Positions 26,487 to 36,993 of a DNA stretch of 64,000 bases are shown piece by piece. The DNA is from Pseudomonadota bacterium (GTDB lineage: Bacteria; Pseudomonadota; Gammaproteobacteria; Burkholderiales; SG8-39), in NCBI GenBank assembly GCA_947455195.1, contig CANGMI010000002.1, forward strand, positions 515,429 to 579,428. Direction: 5' to 3'. Each line of letters opens with the position of its first letter. The first letter of the stretch is position 1. Below the pieces are notes generated by a model that saw only the letters and a list, made by a program, of their open reading frames with translations, was not told where the DNA came from and did no database searches. A program made the translations under genes and the position numbers.

Positions 26487-27853
26487 ATATCCTCCATACG
26501 GCACTTGCCGCGGTTCTTGCGCTGGGGCCGCTCATCGTCTTTCATGAACTCGGGCACTACGCGGTGGCGCGGCTCTGCGGCGTGAAGGTGCTGAAGTTCT
26601 CGATCGGATTTGGCCGCCCGCTGGTGCGCTGGCGCTCGGCCCGGGGTGATCGCACCGAGTGGATTCTTGCGGCGATTCCCCTGGGGGGCTTCGTGCAGAT
26701 GCTCGATGAGCGCGAGGCCACGGTGGCGGTGAACGAAACGCATCGTGCCTTCAATCGGCAGTCGCCGTGGCGACGCATGGCCATCGTGGTCGCCGGTCCG
26801 CTCGCCAACTTCGTACTGGCGGTGCTGGTGTACGCCGGCATCTACATGCACGGGGTCACCGAGCCGCGCGCGTTCGTTGCCGAACCGGTGGCGCACTCGG
26901 TGGCAGCTCAGGCCGGACTGCAGGCGGGTGATCTCATCGCCGAGGTCAATGGCGAGCCCGTGCGCGGCTGGAACGAATTGCGCTGGGTCCTGGTTGATCT
27001 GGCCATTGCCGGCGAGACGGCCACGCTGGTCGTGGAGGAGCCCGGTGGTGCGCGGGTGCGGCGGGTCATCGATTTCAGTTCGCTCGATCGAACGGTTGCG
27101 GGTGGCGATCCCTGGGGCCCGATCGGGTTGTCGCTCTACAGCCCGCCGGTGGCACCGGTGGTCGGGGTGATCGAGCCGGGTGGGGCGGCTGAACTCGCGC
27201 GACTGCGCGAAGGGGATCGAGTGCTCGAGATCGATACCGAGGCAGTCAACACCTGGAGTGACCTGGTGCGCGAAGTGCGTCGGCGCCCGGGGCGGGCCGC
27301 CGAACTCCTCGTGCAGGCGCCCGACGGGACGCGACGCACGCTGCAGATCGTGCCCTCGAGCGTGACCGATCGGTCGGGGGGGCTGATCGGGCGCATCGGG
27401 GTGGGCCCGCGGGTCGACCCCGAGGCGTTGCGCGCCTATTACCTGACCGAGACCTTCGGGCCGCTGGATGCGCTCGAGCGTGGGCTCGCGAAGACCGGGG
27501 AGGTTTCGCTGTTTTCGCTGCGCATGCTCGGGCGGATGCTCACCGGTGCGGTGTCGTGGCGCAACCTGAGTGGCCCGGTGAGCATCGTCGAGCATGCGGG
27601 GCAGACGGCAAGCCAGGGGGTACTGCCCTTCCTCCTCTTCGTCGCGCTCATGTCGATCAGTCTGGGGGTGCTCAATCTGCTGCCGATCCCGGTGCTCGAT
27701 GGAGGCCACCTGTTATACTGCGTGTGCGAGGTGGTTCGGGGCCGTCCCTTGCCTGACCGGTTCATCGAACAGGCCCAACGAGCCGGGTTCGCGGTGCTGG
27801 TGGCCCTCATGTTTTTCGCGATATTCAATGACATCTCGCGGCACTTCAACTGA
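26483..27853 (+). CDS. rseP: RIP zinc metalloprotease RseP
   Basis: HELGHY zinc motif at the N-terminus, PDZ-like middle region and the C-terminal LNLLPIPVLDGGHL motif. Confidence 0.93.
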   Translation: MNILHTALAAVLALGPLIVFHELGHYAVARLCGVKVLKFSIGFGRPLVRWRSARGDRTEWILAAIPLGGFVQMLDEREATVAVNETHRAFNRQSPWRRMAIVVAGPLANFVLAVLVYAGIYMHGVTEPRAFVAEPVAHSVAAQAGLQAGDLIAEVNGEPVRGWNELRWVLVDLAIAGETATLVVEEPGGARVRRVIDFSSLDRTVAGGDPWGPIGLSLYSPPVAPVVGVIEPGGAAELARLREGDRVLEIDTEAVNTWSDLVREVRRRPGRAAELLVQAPDGTRRTLQIVPSSVTDRSGGLIGRIGVGPRVDPEALRAYYLTETFGPLDALERGLAKTGEVSLFSLRMLGRMLTGAVSWRNLSGPVSIVEHAGQTASQGVLPFLLFVALMSISLGVLNLLPIPVLDGGHLLYCVCEVVRGRPLPDRFIEQAQRAGFAVLVALMFFAIFNDISRHFN

Positions 27854-27872
27854 CGGGTCGGCCGATCCGGAC

Positions 27873-30335
27873 ATGACTTTGCGACCACCCATGCAAGCCA
27901 GCCGCTACGCCGTCAGCCCGTGCCGTGATGCCTCGCGCGGCGAGACCCTGGGGCGCACTGTCTCCCGACGCCCTGTCCCGAGGCGTGAGGTCCCGGGTCG
28001 GGCCGACTTGTCCGCTCATGGCGCGTTCCGAGTGCTGCCTCGGCGGTTCCTGCAGGCGCTGTGCACGCTCGCCCTGGCCGCGTTTGCGCTCTGTTCGCCG
28101 GCCCTGGCGTTCGAGCCCTTCGTGGTACGCGACATTCGCATCGAGGGTATCGAGCGGATCGAAGCGGGCACGGTGTTCAACTATCTGCCGTTGCGGGTCG
28201 GCGACTCCGCCGATGACGCACGGGTGCGCGAGGCGGTCCGAGCGTTGTATGCCACCGGATTCTTCCGCGACGTGCGTCTCGAGGCCGAGGGTGACGTGCT
28301 GGTCGTCGTCATCCAGGAGCGTCCTGCCGTTTCGTCGATTGACTTCACCGGCATGAAGGAATTCAAGGCCGACGAAATCAAGAAGGGCCTGCGCGAAGCG
28401 GGGCTGGCCGAGGGCCGTACCTTTGATCGAGCGGTCATCGATCAGGCCGAGCAGGAAATCAAGCGCCAGTATCTGTCGCGCGGAAAGTACGCCGCACAGG
28501 TCAAGTCGACCATCACGCCGCTCGAGCGCAATCGGGTCGCCGTGAGTTTCGCCGTTGAAGAGGGCGACGTCTCCAAGATCCGCAGCATCAATATCGTCGG
28601 CAACAAGGCCTTCAGCGCCGATGATCTGCGCAGCATTCTTGCCTTGCAGACGCCAGGCTTCATGTCCTGGTACACGAAGAACGATCAGTATTCGCGCCAG
28701 AAGCTGACGGCCGATATCGAGACCCTGCGTTCCTTCTACCAGAATCGCGGCTACCTCGACTTCAACATCGAATCGACGCAGGTCTCGATCTCGCCCGAGA
28801 AGCAGGATGTCTTCATCACGGTGGCGATCGTCGAGGGCAACCTCTATACCGTGTCGGCGGTAAAACTCGCAGGCGACCTGGTCATCGATCAGGCCGAACT
28901 TGCTCCGCTCGTGCAGTTGAAAGCCGGTGATCCTTTTTCGCGCGAGAAGCTCAACAGTTCGGCCAAGGCCATTTCCGATCGTCTGGGCAACGATGGCTAT
29001 GCCTTCGCGAACGCCAATCCGGTTCCGGAAATCGACCGTGACAAGCGCGAAGTGAGCTTCACCATCATGGTCGATCCGGGTCGTCGCGCCTATGTGCGGC
29101 GGATCAACGTGGTCGGCAATCGCAGCTCTCGCGACACCATCGTACGGCGCGAATTGCGTCAACTCGAGGGCGCGTATTTCGATAATCAGAAGATCCAGCG
29201 CTCGAAGCGCCGTCTCGAACTGACGCAGTTCTTCTCCGAAATCGACATGGAGACCGAACCGGTCTCGGGCACCACGGATCAGGTGGACGTCAATGTCAAG
29301 GTGAAGGAGCGCTCGACCGGCAACGTGATGGTGGGCCTGGGTTTCTCCACTGCCGACAAGGTCGTGCTGCAAGGCTCGATCACCCAGCAGAACCTCTTCG
29401 GTACCGGCAATGCGATGACCGTGCAGGCCAGTCGCGGCACGCTCAACAAGACCTTCGCGATCTCGTTTACCGACCCGTACTGGACGGTTGACGGGGTGAG
29501 CCTGGGCTACGACCTCTACGACCGGGTGTTCGATCCGCACGCGCTCAGCATCCAGAACTATACCTCGGCGACGCGCGGGGCCGGCTTGCGCTTCGGGTAT
29601 CCCATCACGGAAATCGACCGTCTGAACTTCGGCCTTGCTGCCGAGCAGACGCGTCTGACGCTCTACAACAACAGCCCGCTCCTCTACCAGGCCTATGTCA
29701 ACGACTTTGGCACCAGCACCCATGCGCTGATCAGCAGCATGGGCTGGGCGCGTGACGGTCGTGACAGCGCCCTGTGGCCAACCCAGGGTACCCTGCGCCG
29801 TCTCGGCGGTGAGGTCAGTTTGCCGGTGCTCGACATCCAGTATTACAAGCTGGGCTATTCGCAGTCGACCTATTTCCCCCTCTCGCGCACCGTCACGCTG
29901 AAGATGGGTGGTGAACTCGGGTATGGCGCAGGCTATGGCGGACAGCCGCTGCCCTTTTTCAAGGCTTACACGGTTGGCGGCATCGGCTCGCTTCGTGGCT
30001 ACTACACGGGTTCGGTCGGACCGCTCGATGCCAACGGTTTTCCCATTGGCGGGTCACGCAAGGTCGTGGCCAATACCGAATTGCTGGTACCGTTCCCGGG
30101 TCTTGGGCAGGACCGCTCGGTGCGTCTGGGTGCGTTCATCGATGCGGGCCAGGTGTGGAATCCGGACTACACCAACGGGACGCTCGGTCAACTGGGCTTC
30201 CGGTTTTCCGGTGGCGGCTCGTTCAGCTGGCTCTCTCCGGTCGGGCCGCTGCAGCTGAGCATGGGTTACCCGATCGGCCGACATACCGGCGATCGGGTTC
30301 AGCACTTCCAGTTCACCCTCGGTACGGTCTTCTGA
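27873..30335 (+). CDS. bamA: outer membrane protein assembly factor BamA
   Basis: POTRA repeats begin at FEPFVVRDIRIEGIERIEAGTVFNYLP, followed by a C-terminal Omp85 barrel ending FQFTLGTVF. The start is ambiguous: ATG 27873 or 27891, or GTG 28032. GTG 28032 would give the signal peptide (M)LPRRFLQALCTLALAAFALCSPALA and about 767 aa. Confidence 0.9.
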   Translation: MTLRPPMQASRYAVSPCRDASRGETLGRTVSRRPVPRREVPGRADLSAHGAFRVLPRRFLQALCTLALAAFALCSPALAFEPFVVRDIRIEGIERIEAGTVFNYLPLRVGDSADDARVREAVRALYATGFFRDVRLEAEGDVLVVVIQERPAVSSIDFTGMKEFKADEIKKGLREAGLAEGRTFDRAVIDQAEQEIKRQYLSRGKYAAQVKSTITPLERNRVAVSFAVEEGDVSKIRSINIVGNKAFSADDLRSILALQTPGFMSWYTKNDQYSRQKLTADIETLRSFYQNRGYLDFNIESTQVSISPEKQDVFITVAIVEGNLYTVSAVKLAGDLVIDQAELAPLVQLKAGDPFSREKLNSSAKAISDRLGNDGYAFANANPVPEIDRDKREVSFTIMVDPGRRAYVRRINVVGNRSSRDTIVRRELRQLEGAYFDNQKIQRSKRRLELTQFFSEIDMETEPVSGTTDQVDVNVKVKERSTGNVMVGLGFSTADKVVLQGSITQQNLFGTGNAMTVQASRGTLNKTFAISFTDPYWTVDGVSLGYDLYDRVFDPHALSIQNYTSATRGAGLRFGYPITEIDRLNFGLAAEQTRLTLYNNSPLLYQAYVNDFGTSTHALISSMGWARDGRDSALWPTQGTLRRLGGEVSLPVLDIQYYKLGYSQSTYFPLSRTVTLKMGGELGYGAGYGGQPLPFFKAYTVGGIGSLRGYYTGSVGPLDANGFPIGGSRKVVANTELLVPFPGLGQDRSVRLGAFIDAGQVWNPDYTNGTLGQLGFRFSGGGSFSWLSPVGPLQLSMGYPIGRHTGDRVQHFQFTLGTVF

Positions 30336-30370
30336 TGTTTCCTTCGCAGGAATGCTCAAAGGAGAAGGTT

Positions 30371-30901
30371 TTGGTTCGCTCTATCGCTTGTGTTGTTGCA
30401 GCGTTGTCGTTGGTTGCTGCCCAAGGGGCGCTCGCTCAGGTTGCCGACTCGAAGGTCGGCTTCGTGAACATCGAACGCATCATGCGCGAGTCGGCACCGG
30501 CCAAGGCGGCGCAGGAGAAGATCGAGCGCGAGTTCAAGCGTCGTGACGAGGAGCTCGCACGTCTGGCCGAGTCGCTTCGCAAGATGCAGGAGACCATGGA
30601 CAAGCAGGGGCCTGTGATTGCCGAGGCCGATCGGCGCAAGCTGGAGCGCGATTTCAACGAAAGCAATCGCGATTTCCAGCGCAAGCAGCGCGAGTTCCGT
30701 GACGACGTCAATGCACGCCGCAACGAGGAACTGCAGGGAATACTCGAGCGCGCCAACCGCATCGTCAAAGAGATCGCCGAGCGCGAGAAGTACGACATCA
30801 TCTTCCAGGACGCGGTTTGGGCCAGTGCCCGTATCGACATGACCGAGAAGGTGATCAAGCAGCTCGATGCGGCGCGCGCGCCGGCGGCGGGCGCCAAGTA
30901 G
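30371..30901 (+). CDS. OmpH/Skp family periplasmic chaperone
   Basis: AAAGGAG (30358-30364) lies 6 nt before TTG 30371, giving the signal peptide (M)VRSIACVVAALSLVAAQGALA. The body is a coiled-coil rich in E/R/K. An alternative ATG at 30335 overlaps the bamA stop. Confidence 0.8.
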   Translation: MVRSIACVVAALSLVAAQGALAQVADSKVGFVNIERIMRESAPAKAAQEKIEREFKRRDEELARLAESLRKMQETMDKQGPVIAEADRRKLERDFNESNRDFQRKQREFRDDVNARRNEELQGILERANRIVKEIAEREKYDIIFQDAVWASARIDMTEKVIKQLDAARAPAAGAK

Positions 30902-30912
30902 GTCGATCGACG

Positions 30913-31959
30913 GTGGCGCGACGGTATCGGCTGACCGAACTGGTCGAAATCCTTGGCGATGCATCGGTCGTCGGCGATGGCGCCGTCGAGGTATCGCGGG
31001 CTGCATCGTTGAAGGGCGCTGACGCCGAGTGCATCAGCTTTCTGCATCGTGCCGACTATCAGGACGAGTTGAGGCGCACCTCGGCAGCCGCCGTCGTGCT
31101 GGCCCCCGATCATGCCGGGCTCACCGAGCGGCCTCGCATCGTCACGGCCAACCCTTACGCGTGGTTTGCGCGGCTCGCAACCGTGCTGCATCCGGCGCCC
31201 GTCGTGGCATCCGGTGTGCACCCGAGTGCCGTCGTCGATCCTGCAGCGACCATTGCGCCAGGCGCCTGCATCGCTGCGCTTGTCAGCGTCGGGGCCGGGG
31301 CGCAGGTGGGTGCACGGGCCGTGATCGGCGAGGGCTGTGTCGTTGGTGAGAACGCGTCAATCGGCGCCGATACGCGGCTGTACCCGCGGGTGACGCTTTA
31401 TGCCGAGGTGAGCGTCGGCGAGCGTTGCATCATCCACTCGGGTACGGTCATCGGATCGGATGGCTTTGGCTTTGCGCCGCAGGGTGGGCGCTGGCTCAAG
31501 ATTCCGCAAATCGGTCGTGTGCGCATCGGCAACGATGTCGAACTGGGCGCCAATGTCACGGTTGATCGTGGCACGCTCGATGACACTGTCATCGAGGATG
31601 GGGTGAAGGTGGACAATCTGGTGCAGATTGCTCACAACTGCCGCATCGGCGCGCATACGGTGATTGCCGGCAATACCGGCATTGCCGGCAGTACCGAGGT
31701 GGGCGAGCACTGCATCATTGGTGGCGCCTCGACACTGGCTGGGCATCTCACGATTGCGCCCGGCACCACCATTGCCGGGGGAACCACCATTACCCGGTCG
31801 CTCAGCAAGGCAGACACCTATGTCGGTGTCTTTCCGTTTGACCTGCGTGCCGACTGGCTGCGCAACAGCGCGCATCTGCGCTCGCTCGACGCGCTGGTGC
31901 GTCGGGTCAGAAAACTCGAACGCGCGGGTACCGAAAAAACCGCGAAGGACACACGTTGA
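30913..31959 (+). CDS. lpxD: UDP-3-O-(3-hydroxyacyl)glucosamine N-acyltransferase
   Basis: An N-terminal LpxD domain ([10 protein letters not shown]...) is followed by hexapeptide repeats ([27 protein letters not shown]). GTG 30913 gives 348 aa. Confidence 0.9.
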   Translation: MARRYRLTELVEILGDASVVGDGAVEVSRAASLKGADAECISFLHRADYQDELRRTSAAAVVLAPDHAGLTERPRIVTANPYAWFARLATVLHPAPVVASGVHPSAVVDPAATIAPGACIAALVSVGAGAQVGARAVIGEGCVVGENASIGADTRLYPRVTLYAEVSVGERCIIHSGTVIGSDGFGFAPQGGRWLKIPQIGRVRIGNDVELGANVTVDRGTLDDTVIEDGVKVDNLVQIAHNCRIGAHTVIAGNTGIAGSTEVGEHCIIGGASTLAGHLTIAPGTTIAGGTTITRSLSKADTYVGVFPFDLRADWLRNSAHLRSLDALVRRVRKLERAGTEKTAKDTR

Positions 31960-32426
31960 TGGACGCAGGCAAGACAGGGCAGACCGGGGTGGTGATGGAA
32001 TCGCGCGAGATCATGCGCTGGCTCGCGCACCGCGCGCCCTTTCTGCTGGTAGATCGGGTCATCGAGTTCGAGGCCAACACGCGCATCGTCGCGATCAAGA
32101 ACGTGACCTTCAACGAGCCTTTCTTTCCGGGACACTTTCCGAACAACCCCGTCATGCCTGGCGTGCTCCTGCTCGAAGCACTGGCGCAGGCGGCGTGTAT
32201 CCTGGTTTCGCGAACCCTCGAACTGAACCCGGCAGATTTCGTCACCTACTTTGCCGGCATCGACAATGCGCGCTTCAAGCGCCCCGTGCTGCCCGGCGAC
32301 CAGGTGCGGCTCGAGGTATCGCTGACGCGCGCCCTGCGCGGCATCTACAAGTTCAAGGGGGTAGCGCTGGTCGACGGTGACGTGGCGGCCGAGGCTGAAC
32401 TGCTGAGCGCGTTTCGCAAGCTCTGA
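31959..32426 (+). CDS. fabZ: 3-hydroxyacyl-ACP dehydratase
   Basis: [36 protein letters not shown]. The ATG at 31959 (or TTG at 31956) overlaps the lpxD stop. Confidence 0.95.
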   Translation: MDAGKTGQTGVVMESREIMRWLAHRAPFLLVDRVIEFEANTRIVAIKNVTFNEPFFPGHFPNNPVMPGVLLLEALAQAACILVSRTLELNPADFVTYFAGIDNARFKRPVLPGDQVRLEVSLTRALRGIYKFKGVALVDGDVAAEAELLSAFRKL

Positions 32427-32443
32427 CCGGAGACGATACGACC

Positions 32444-33226
32444 ATGAGCGAAACCTCGATCGATCCGCGCGCCATCGTGCATCCGGGGGCGCGTCTCGCG
32501 GCAGGGGTGAGCGTGGGGCCGTTTGCCACGATCGGCGAACACGTGACCATCGGCGCGGGCACGAGCATCGGTTCCCACGCCGTCATCGAGGGTCACACCA
32601 CCATCGGGCGTGACAACCGCATTTATTCGTTTGCCGCGATCGGTGGTGATCCGCAGGACAAGAAGTACGCCGGCGAACCCACCCGACTCGAGATCGGCGA
32701 TCGCAACACGATTCGCGAGTTCTGCACCTTCAGCACCGGCACGGTGCAGGATACCGGCGTGACCCGCATGGGGAACGACAACTGGGTGATGGCGTACGTG
32801 CATCTGGCGCATGACTGTGTGGTGGGCAACCACACGATTCTGGCCAACAGCGTGCAACTGGCTGGCCACGTGCATGTTGATGACTGGGCCATTCTCGGCG
32901 GTTGCACCGGTGTGCACCAGTTTGTCCGGGTCGGTGCACACACGATGATCGGTGGCGGCACGATGCTGCGCCAGGATGTGCCCCCCTACGTGATGGCGGA
33001 AGGCAATCCGGCGGCAGCGCGCGGGATCAATGCCGAGGGACTGAAGCGTCGTGGTTTTGATGCCGACGCCATCGGCGCCATCCGCGAGGCGTTTCGTACG
33101 CTTTATCGCGCGAATCTGACCCTGGCCGAGGCCAGGGCGGAAATCGGTCGTGCGGCGGCCGCGTCGCCCTCGCTCGTGCCGATCGTGGCATTTCTCGAGC
33201 AGGTTACCCGCGGCATCGTGCGCTGA
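32444..33226 (+). CDS. lpxA: acyl-ACP--UDP-N-acetylglucosamine O-acyltransferase
   Basis: [26 protein letters not shown] hexapeptide repeats and a C-terminal helical domain ([12 protein letters not shown]). Confidence 0.95.
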   Translation: MSETSIDPRAIVHPGARLAAGVSVGPFATIGEHVTIGAGTSIGSHAVIEGHTTIGRDNRIYSFAAIGGDPQDKKYAGEPTRLEIGDRNTIREFCTFSTGTVQDTGVTRMGNDNWVMAYVHLAHDCVVGNHTILANSVQLAGHVHVDDWAILGGCTGVHQFVRVGAHTMIGGGTMLRQDVPPYVMAEGNPAAARGINAEGLKRRGFDADAIGAIREAFRTLYRANLTLAEARAEIGRAAAASPSLVPIVAFLEQVTRGIVR

Positions 33227-34542
33227 TGCAAGAGCGTGGGGCGGATGGGCCTGAGGAGCCCCGCATGCACCGATTGGACGGCGTCGCCCCCGTGATCGGT
33301 CCAGGGGCCGCTGGTACGCATGGGCGGAATGCTGTCGATGACGTCGGGGCCGTCCAGGGTGTTGACGGTTCTCGCGCCACCCGATCGGGCCGGGTACGCA
33401 TCTGTCTGGTGGCCGGCGAGCCTTCGGGCGATACCCTGGGAGCTGAACTGCTGAAGGGGTTGCGTACGCGCCTGCCTGGCGCCACGTTTGTGGGTATCGG
33501 TGGTCCGAAGATGCTGTCGGCCGGCCTCGAAGGCTGGTATCCCCAGGAAGCCCTGGCCGTGCGTGGTCTGGTCGAGGTTCTGCGCCATCTCGGGCCGATT
33601 CTGAAGATTCGTTCCGGTCTCATCCGTCGGCTCGATCGCGAACCGGTCGATCTCTACGTCGGCATCGACGCGCCTGACTTCAATCTGCCGGTCGAGCGCA
33701 CGCTGCGACGGCGTGGCGTTCCGACGGTGCACTACGTGGGACCCACCATCTGGGCATGGCGACCCGGGCGCGTGAAGCGCATCCGGGCCGCGGTATCGCA
33801 TCTCCTCGTGCTCTTTCCCTTCGAGGAGCCGATCTTCCGTCGGGCGGGGGTCACCGCCTCGTTTGTCGGGCATCCGCTGGTGCGTGAAGCCGCCGAGGGT
33901 GCATCGCGTGTCGAGACCCGCGAGGAACTGCGGGTGCCGCATACCGGCTCGGTGGTGGCGCTGCTGCCCGGAAGCCGTGTCGGCGAAATCGAGCGCATGG
34001 CGCGAGTGCTCATCGAGGCGGCACGTCTGGTGCACGCCAAGCGTCCGGACAGTGTGTTTCTCGTGCCCTTCGTCACCCGGGAGACGCGCGAGGCCTTCGA
34101 AGCCTGCGTCTGGGCGCTGGGTGCGCGCGATCTGCCGATACGACTGCTCTTTGGCCATGCGCGCAAGGCCCTCGTGGCCGCCGATGTAGCCATCGTGACG
34201 AGCGGCACTGCCACCCTCGAGGCGGCGCTGGCGGGTTGCCCCACGGTGGTGTCATACCGCCTGTCGGGCTTCACGTACTGGCTCATTCGACGGCTGGCCC
34301 GGGTGCGTGCGGTTGCGCTGCCCAATCTGCTGCTGGGTGAATTCGTGGTGCCTGAACTGCTGCAAGCCGAAGCCACGGCCGACAATCTCGCGCAGGCAAC
34401 GCTCAATCTGCTCGATGAGCCCGCGTTGCGCGGGCGTCTGATTCGCCGCTTTGCGGTGCTGCACGATCAGTTGCGCGAACCGCGTGGCGGTTCGGCCGCC
34501 GACGTGGTGGCAGGGCTCATACGGGGCGGGCAGACGGCGTGA
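33226..34542 (+). CDS. lpxB: lipid-A-disaccharide synthase
   Basis: The conserved LpxB core starts at [19 protein letters not shown]; [13 protein letters not shown] and [11 protein letters not shown] are also present. The start is uncertain: ATG 33226 (ATGA overlap with lpxA) or ATG 33265. Either leaves an unusually long N-terminal leader. Confidence 0.88.
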   Translation: MQERGADGPEEPRMHRLDGVAPVIGPGAAGTHGRNAVDDVGAVQGVDGSRATRSGRVRICLVAGEPSGDTLGAELLKGLRTRLPGATFVGIGGPKMLSAGLEGWYPQEALAVRGLVEVLRHLGPILKIRSGLIRRLDREPVDLYVGIDAPDFNLPVERTLRRRGVPTVHYVGPTIWAWRPGRVKRIRAAVSHLLVLFPFEEPIFRRAGVTASFVGHPLVREAAEGASRVETREELRVPHTGSVVALLPGSRVGEIERMARVLIEAARLVHAKRPDSVFLVPFVTRETREAFEACVWALGARDLPIRLLFGHARKALVAADVAIVTSGTATLEAALAGCPTVVSYRLSGFTYWLIRRLARVRAVALPNLLLGEFVVPELLQAEATADNLAQATLNLLDEPALRGRLIRRFAVLHDQLREPRGGSAADVVAGLIRGGQTA

Positions 34543-35219
34543 GTGAGGGGCGTGCGGCGGTTCGGCGGCGGGGCGGGGCTGGGGTTGGAACCGCGTCGGC
34601 ATGTGGGTCCGGATCGGCGCATCGTCTCATTGCAGGCGTCGATGAGGTCGGGCGCGGGCCGCTGGCAGGGCCCGTCTATGCTGCGGCCGTGATTCTCGAT
34701 CCGGCTCGCCCGATCGCGCGCCTGGCAGATTCCAAGGCGCTGGGAGAGCGGGCGCGCCTCGCGCTCACCGTGCTCATTCGAGAGCGTGCCCTTTCGTACG
34801 CCATCGCCTCGGCCAGCGTCGAGGAGATCGACCGGCTCAACATCCTCGGGGCCACGATGCTCGCGATGCAGCGGGCGGTGGCGGCGCTCTCGGTCGTACC
34901 CGGCGAGGCGTGGGTCGATGGCAACCGGGCACCGCGCCTGGTGATGCCGGTGCAGACCTTCATTGGCGGCGATGCCCGCATCGACTGCATTTCGGCGGCA
35001 TCGATACTCGCGAAGACCGCACGTGATGCGCTGATGGTTGCACTCGATCGACGCTACCCGGGCTACGGCCTCGCGGGTCACAAGGGCTACCCCAGCGCCG
35101 CGCATCGCGAGGCCCTGCAGCGAATCGGTCCGGCCGATATTCACCGCAGGAGTTTTGCGCCAGTGCGCGCCGTGATCGATGCTGCCCCGACCGCAGGCGG
35201 AGGGCGTCCGGATGCCTGA
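34539..35219 (+). CDS. rnhB: ribonuclease HII
   Basis: [26 protein letters not shown] and GYPS blocks. The GTG start overlaps the lpxB stop. Confidence 0.92.
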   Translation: MSEGRAAVRRRGGAGVGTASACGSGSAHRLIAGVDEVGRGPLAGPVYAAAVILDPARPIARLADSKALGERARLALTVLIRERALSYAIASASVEEIDRLNILGATMLAMQRAVAALSVVPGEAWVDGNRAPRLVMPVQTFIGGDARIDCISAASILAKTARDALMVALDRRYPGYGLAGHKGYPSAAHREALQRIGPADIHRRSFAPVRAVIDAAPTAGGGRPDA

Positions 35220-36033
35220 TCGAGATCCGGTGCAGATTCGGTCTCGCGACAATCCGTTTGTGCGTGAACTGCGCGCGCTCACCGCGTCGGCCAGTGCGCG
35301 GCGCGAGTCGCAGGTAGCACTCCTCGATGGGGTGCATCTGGTGGCTGCCGCGGCTGCCGCCGGCGCGATGCTCGAGTCGCTCGCGGCGAGCGAAGCCGGC
35401 CTTGCGCGGCGCGAGGTACGTGACCTGTTCGAGTCGACTCCAGCCGCACGGCGGCTGATTCTGGCTGATCGCATCTTCGAGCAGGTTTCGCCTCTGGCGA
35501 GTCCCAGCGGCATTCTTGCGACGGTTCGAGTGCCCTCGCCGACAGCGCTTCCCGAGCGCGTCGGCGATGCCGTGCTGCTCGATGCGGTGCAGGACACAGG
35601 CAACGCGGGCACGATACTGCGCACCTGCGCTGCGGCAGGGGTGGTGCGCGTCCTGGCGAGCGGGGGCACGGCCTTCTTCTGGTCGCCCAAGGTGCTGCGC
35701 TCGGCGATGGGAGCCCATTTCGGGCTCACGCTGCATGAAGGGGTCGATGCGGCGGTGGCGATTGCCGCCGCGCAGGGGCAGGTGCTGGTGGCCCGCGGCG
35801 ATGCCACGGATGACCTCTTTGACCTCGACCTTACCGGGCCCACGCTGTGGGTGTTCGGCAACGAGGGCAGTGGCGTTGGTCGTGCGGTACGCGAGGCGCC
35901 GCACCGCGGGGTTCGCCTGCCGATGGCGGCAGGGGTCGAGTCGCTCAATGTGGCATCGGCCGCTGCGATCTGCCTCTACGAGCAGTTGCGTCAGCGACGA
36001 CAGGCCGGGGCGATCGGCGCGGTAGCTGGCTAG
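35212..36033 (+). CDS. TrmH/SpoU-family RNA 2-prime-O-methyltransferase
   Basis: SpoU motifs: [26 protein letters not shown] and [18 protein letters not shown] 35212 overlaps the rnhB 3-prime end. Confidence 0.85.
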   Translation: MPDRDPVQIRSRDNPFVRELRALTASASARRESQVALLDGVHLVAAAAAAGAMLESLAASEAGLARREVRDLFESTPAARRLILADRIFEQVSPLASPSGILATVRVPSPTALPERVGDAVLLDAVQDTGNAGTILRTCAAAGVVRVLASGGTAFFWSPKVLRSAMGAHFGLTLHEGVDAAVAIAAAQGQVLVARGDATDDLFDLDLTGPTLWVFGNEGSGVGRAVREAPHRGVRLPMAAGVESLNVASAAAICLYEQLRQRRQAGAIGAVAG

Positions 36034-36857
36034 AACCCGCCTCGGCGTTCGAGTTTCACTTCCTGCAGGATCTTGGCCGCAATTTCCTCGATGGAACGCG
36101 TGGTTGAATTGAGCCAGGGAATCTCGTGCCTGCGCATCATCGCCTCGGCCTGCTCGACCTCGTGGCGGCAGTTCTCGATGCTCGCGTACTTGCTGTCGGG
36201 GCGGCGTTCGTGGCGGATCTCGGCCAGTCGCTCAGGTGAGATGGTGAGGCCAAAAAGCCGCGATTTGCGCTCGAGGAGGGCCGGGGGCAGGGCGCCGCGC
36301 GCGAAGTCTTCGGGAATGAGCGGGTAGTTGGCTGCCTTCACACCGAACTGCAGCGCGAGATAGAGCGAGGTAGGGGTCTTGCCGCTGCGCGACACGCCCA
36401 CGAGTATCACGTCGGCCATGTCGAGTTCCTTGTGCGACATGCCGTCATCGTGAGCGAGGGTGAAGTTCACCGCGTCGATGCGATCGCGGTACTCCTTGTT
36501 CCCGACACGGCCATGCGAGCGTCCGATGGCGTGCGAGGAGCGGGTGCCCAGTTCGGCTTCGAGCGGGTCGAGAAATCGCTCGAAGAAGTCAAGGAGCAGG
36601 CAGTCGGCGCGGCGGATGACGTCGCGAATCTCGGCGTTCACGAGCGTGGTGAAGACCAGAGGGCGACTCCCGGCGGCAGCGGCGGCGTTGATCTGGGTGA
36701 CGCAGTCGTTGGCTTTCTCGAGCGAGTCGACAAACGGAATCACCGTCTGCTGGAACTCGATTTCCTCGAACTGGGTGAGCAGACTGTGCCCGAACATCTC
36801 CACCGTGATGCCGGTGCCATCCGAGACAAAAAACGCACGTCGTGTCGATCTGGTCAT
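36030..36857 (-). CDS. ppsR: PEP synthetase regulatory protein (pyruvate, water dikinase kinase/phosphorylase, DUF299)
   Basis: ATG 36857 gives [20 protein letters not shown]... with P-loop [11 protein letters not shown]. It is divergent from ppsA, which is the conserved arrangement. Confidence 0.9.
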   Translation of the reverse strand: MTRSTRRAFFVSDGTGITVEMFGHSLLTQFEEIEFQQTVIPFVDSLEKANDCVTQINAAAAAGSRPLVFTTLVNAEIRDVIRRADCLLLDFFERFLDPLEAELGTRSSHAIGRSHGRVGNKEYRDRIDAVNFTLAHDDGMSHKELDMADVILVGVSRSGKTPTSLYLALQFGVKAANYPLIPEDFARGALPPALLERKSRLFGLTISPERLAEIRHERRPDSKYASIENCRHEVEQAEAMMRRHEIPWLNSTTRSIEEIAAKILQEVKLERRGGF

Positions 36858-36993
36858 GCAAACTCCGGCATTTTTGGCCGACGGCTCGCTCGCGGTCGGC
36901 GTTGCGGCTAAAATCAGGGGCTGCCTCTCGCAGGTGCGAACGTCCTTCCCGCCGCACCCGTCGTCGCCACCCATTCAAATGATGGTAACCCGT

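Noticed and set aside
26249-27709. 486-aa minus-strand ORF, plus 25269..26504 (411 aa, minus)
   Set aside because: They are antisense to rseP and dxr respectively, and both give low-complexity products.
27846-29723. 625-aa minus-strand ORF
   Set aside because: It is antisense to bamA and has no recognisable domains.
34467-35948. 493-aa minus-strand ORF and 34960..35904 (314 aa, minus)
   Set aside because: They are antisense to rnhB and the TrmH-family gene. The products are Ser/Arg/Ala-rich with no motifs.
36030-36033. Four-base overlap of the convergent trmH-family and ppsR stop codons (CTAG at 36030-36033)
   Set aside because: It is real in the sequence but a trivial consequence of tight packing. 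I can see nothing that suggests regulation.
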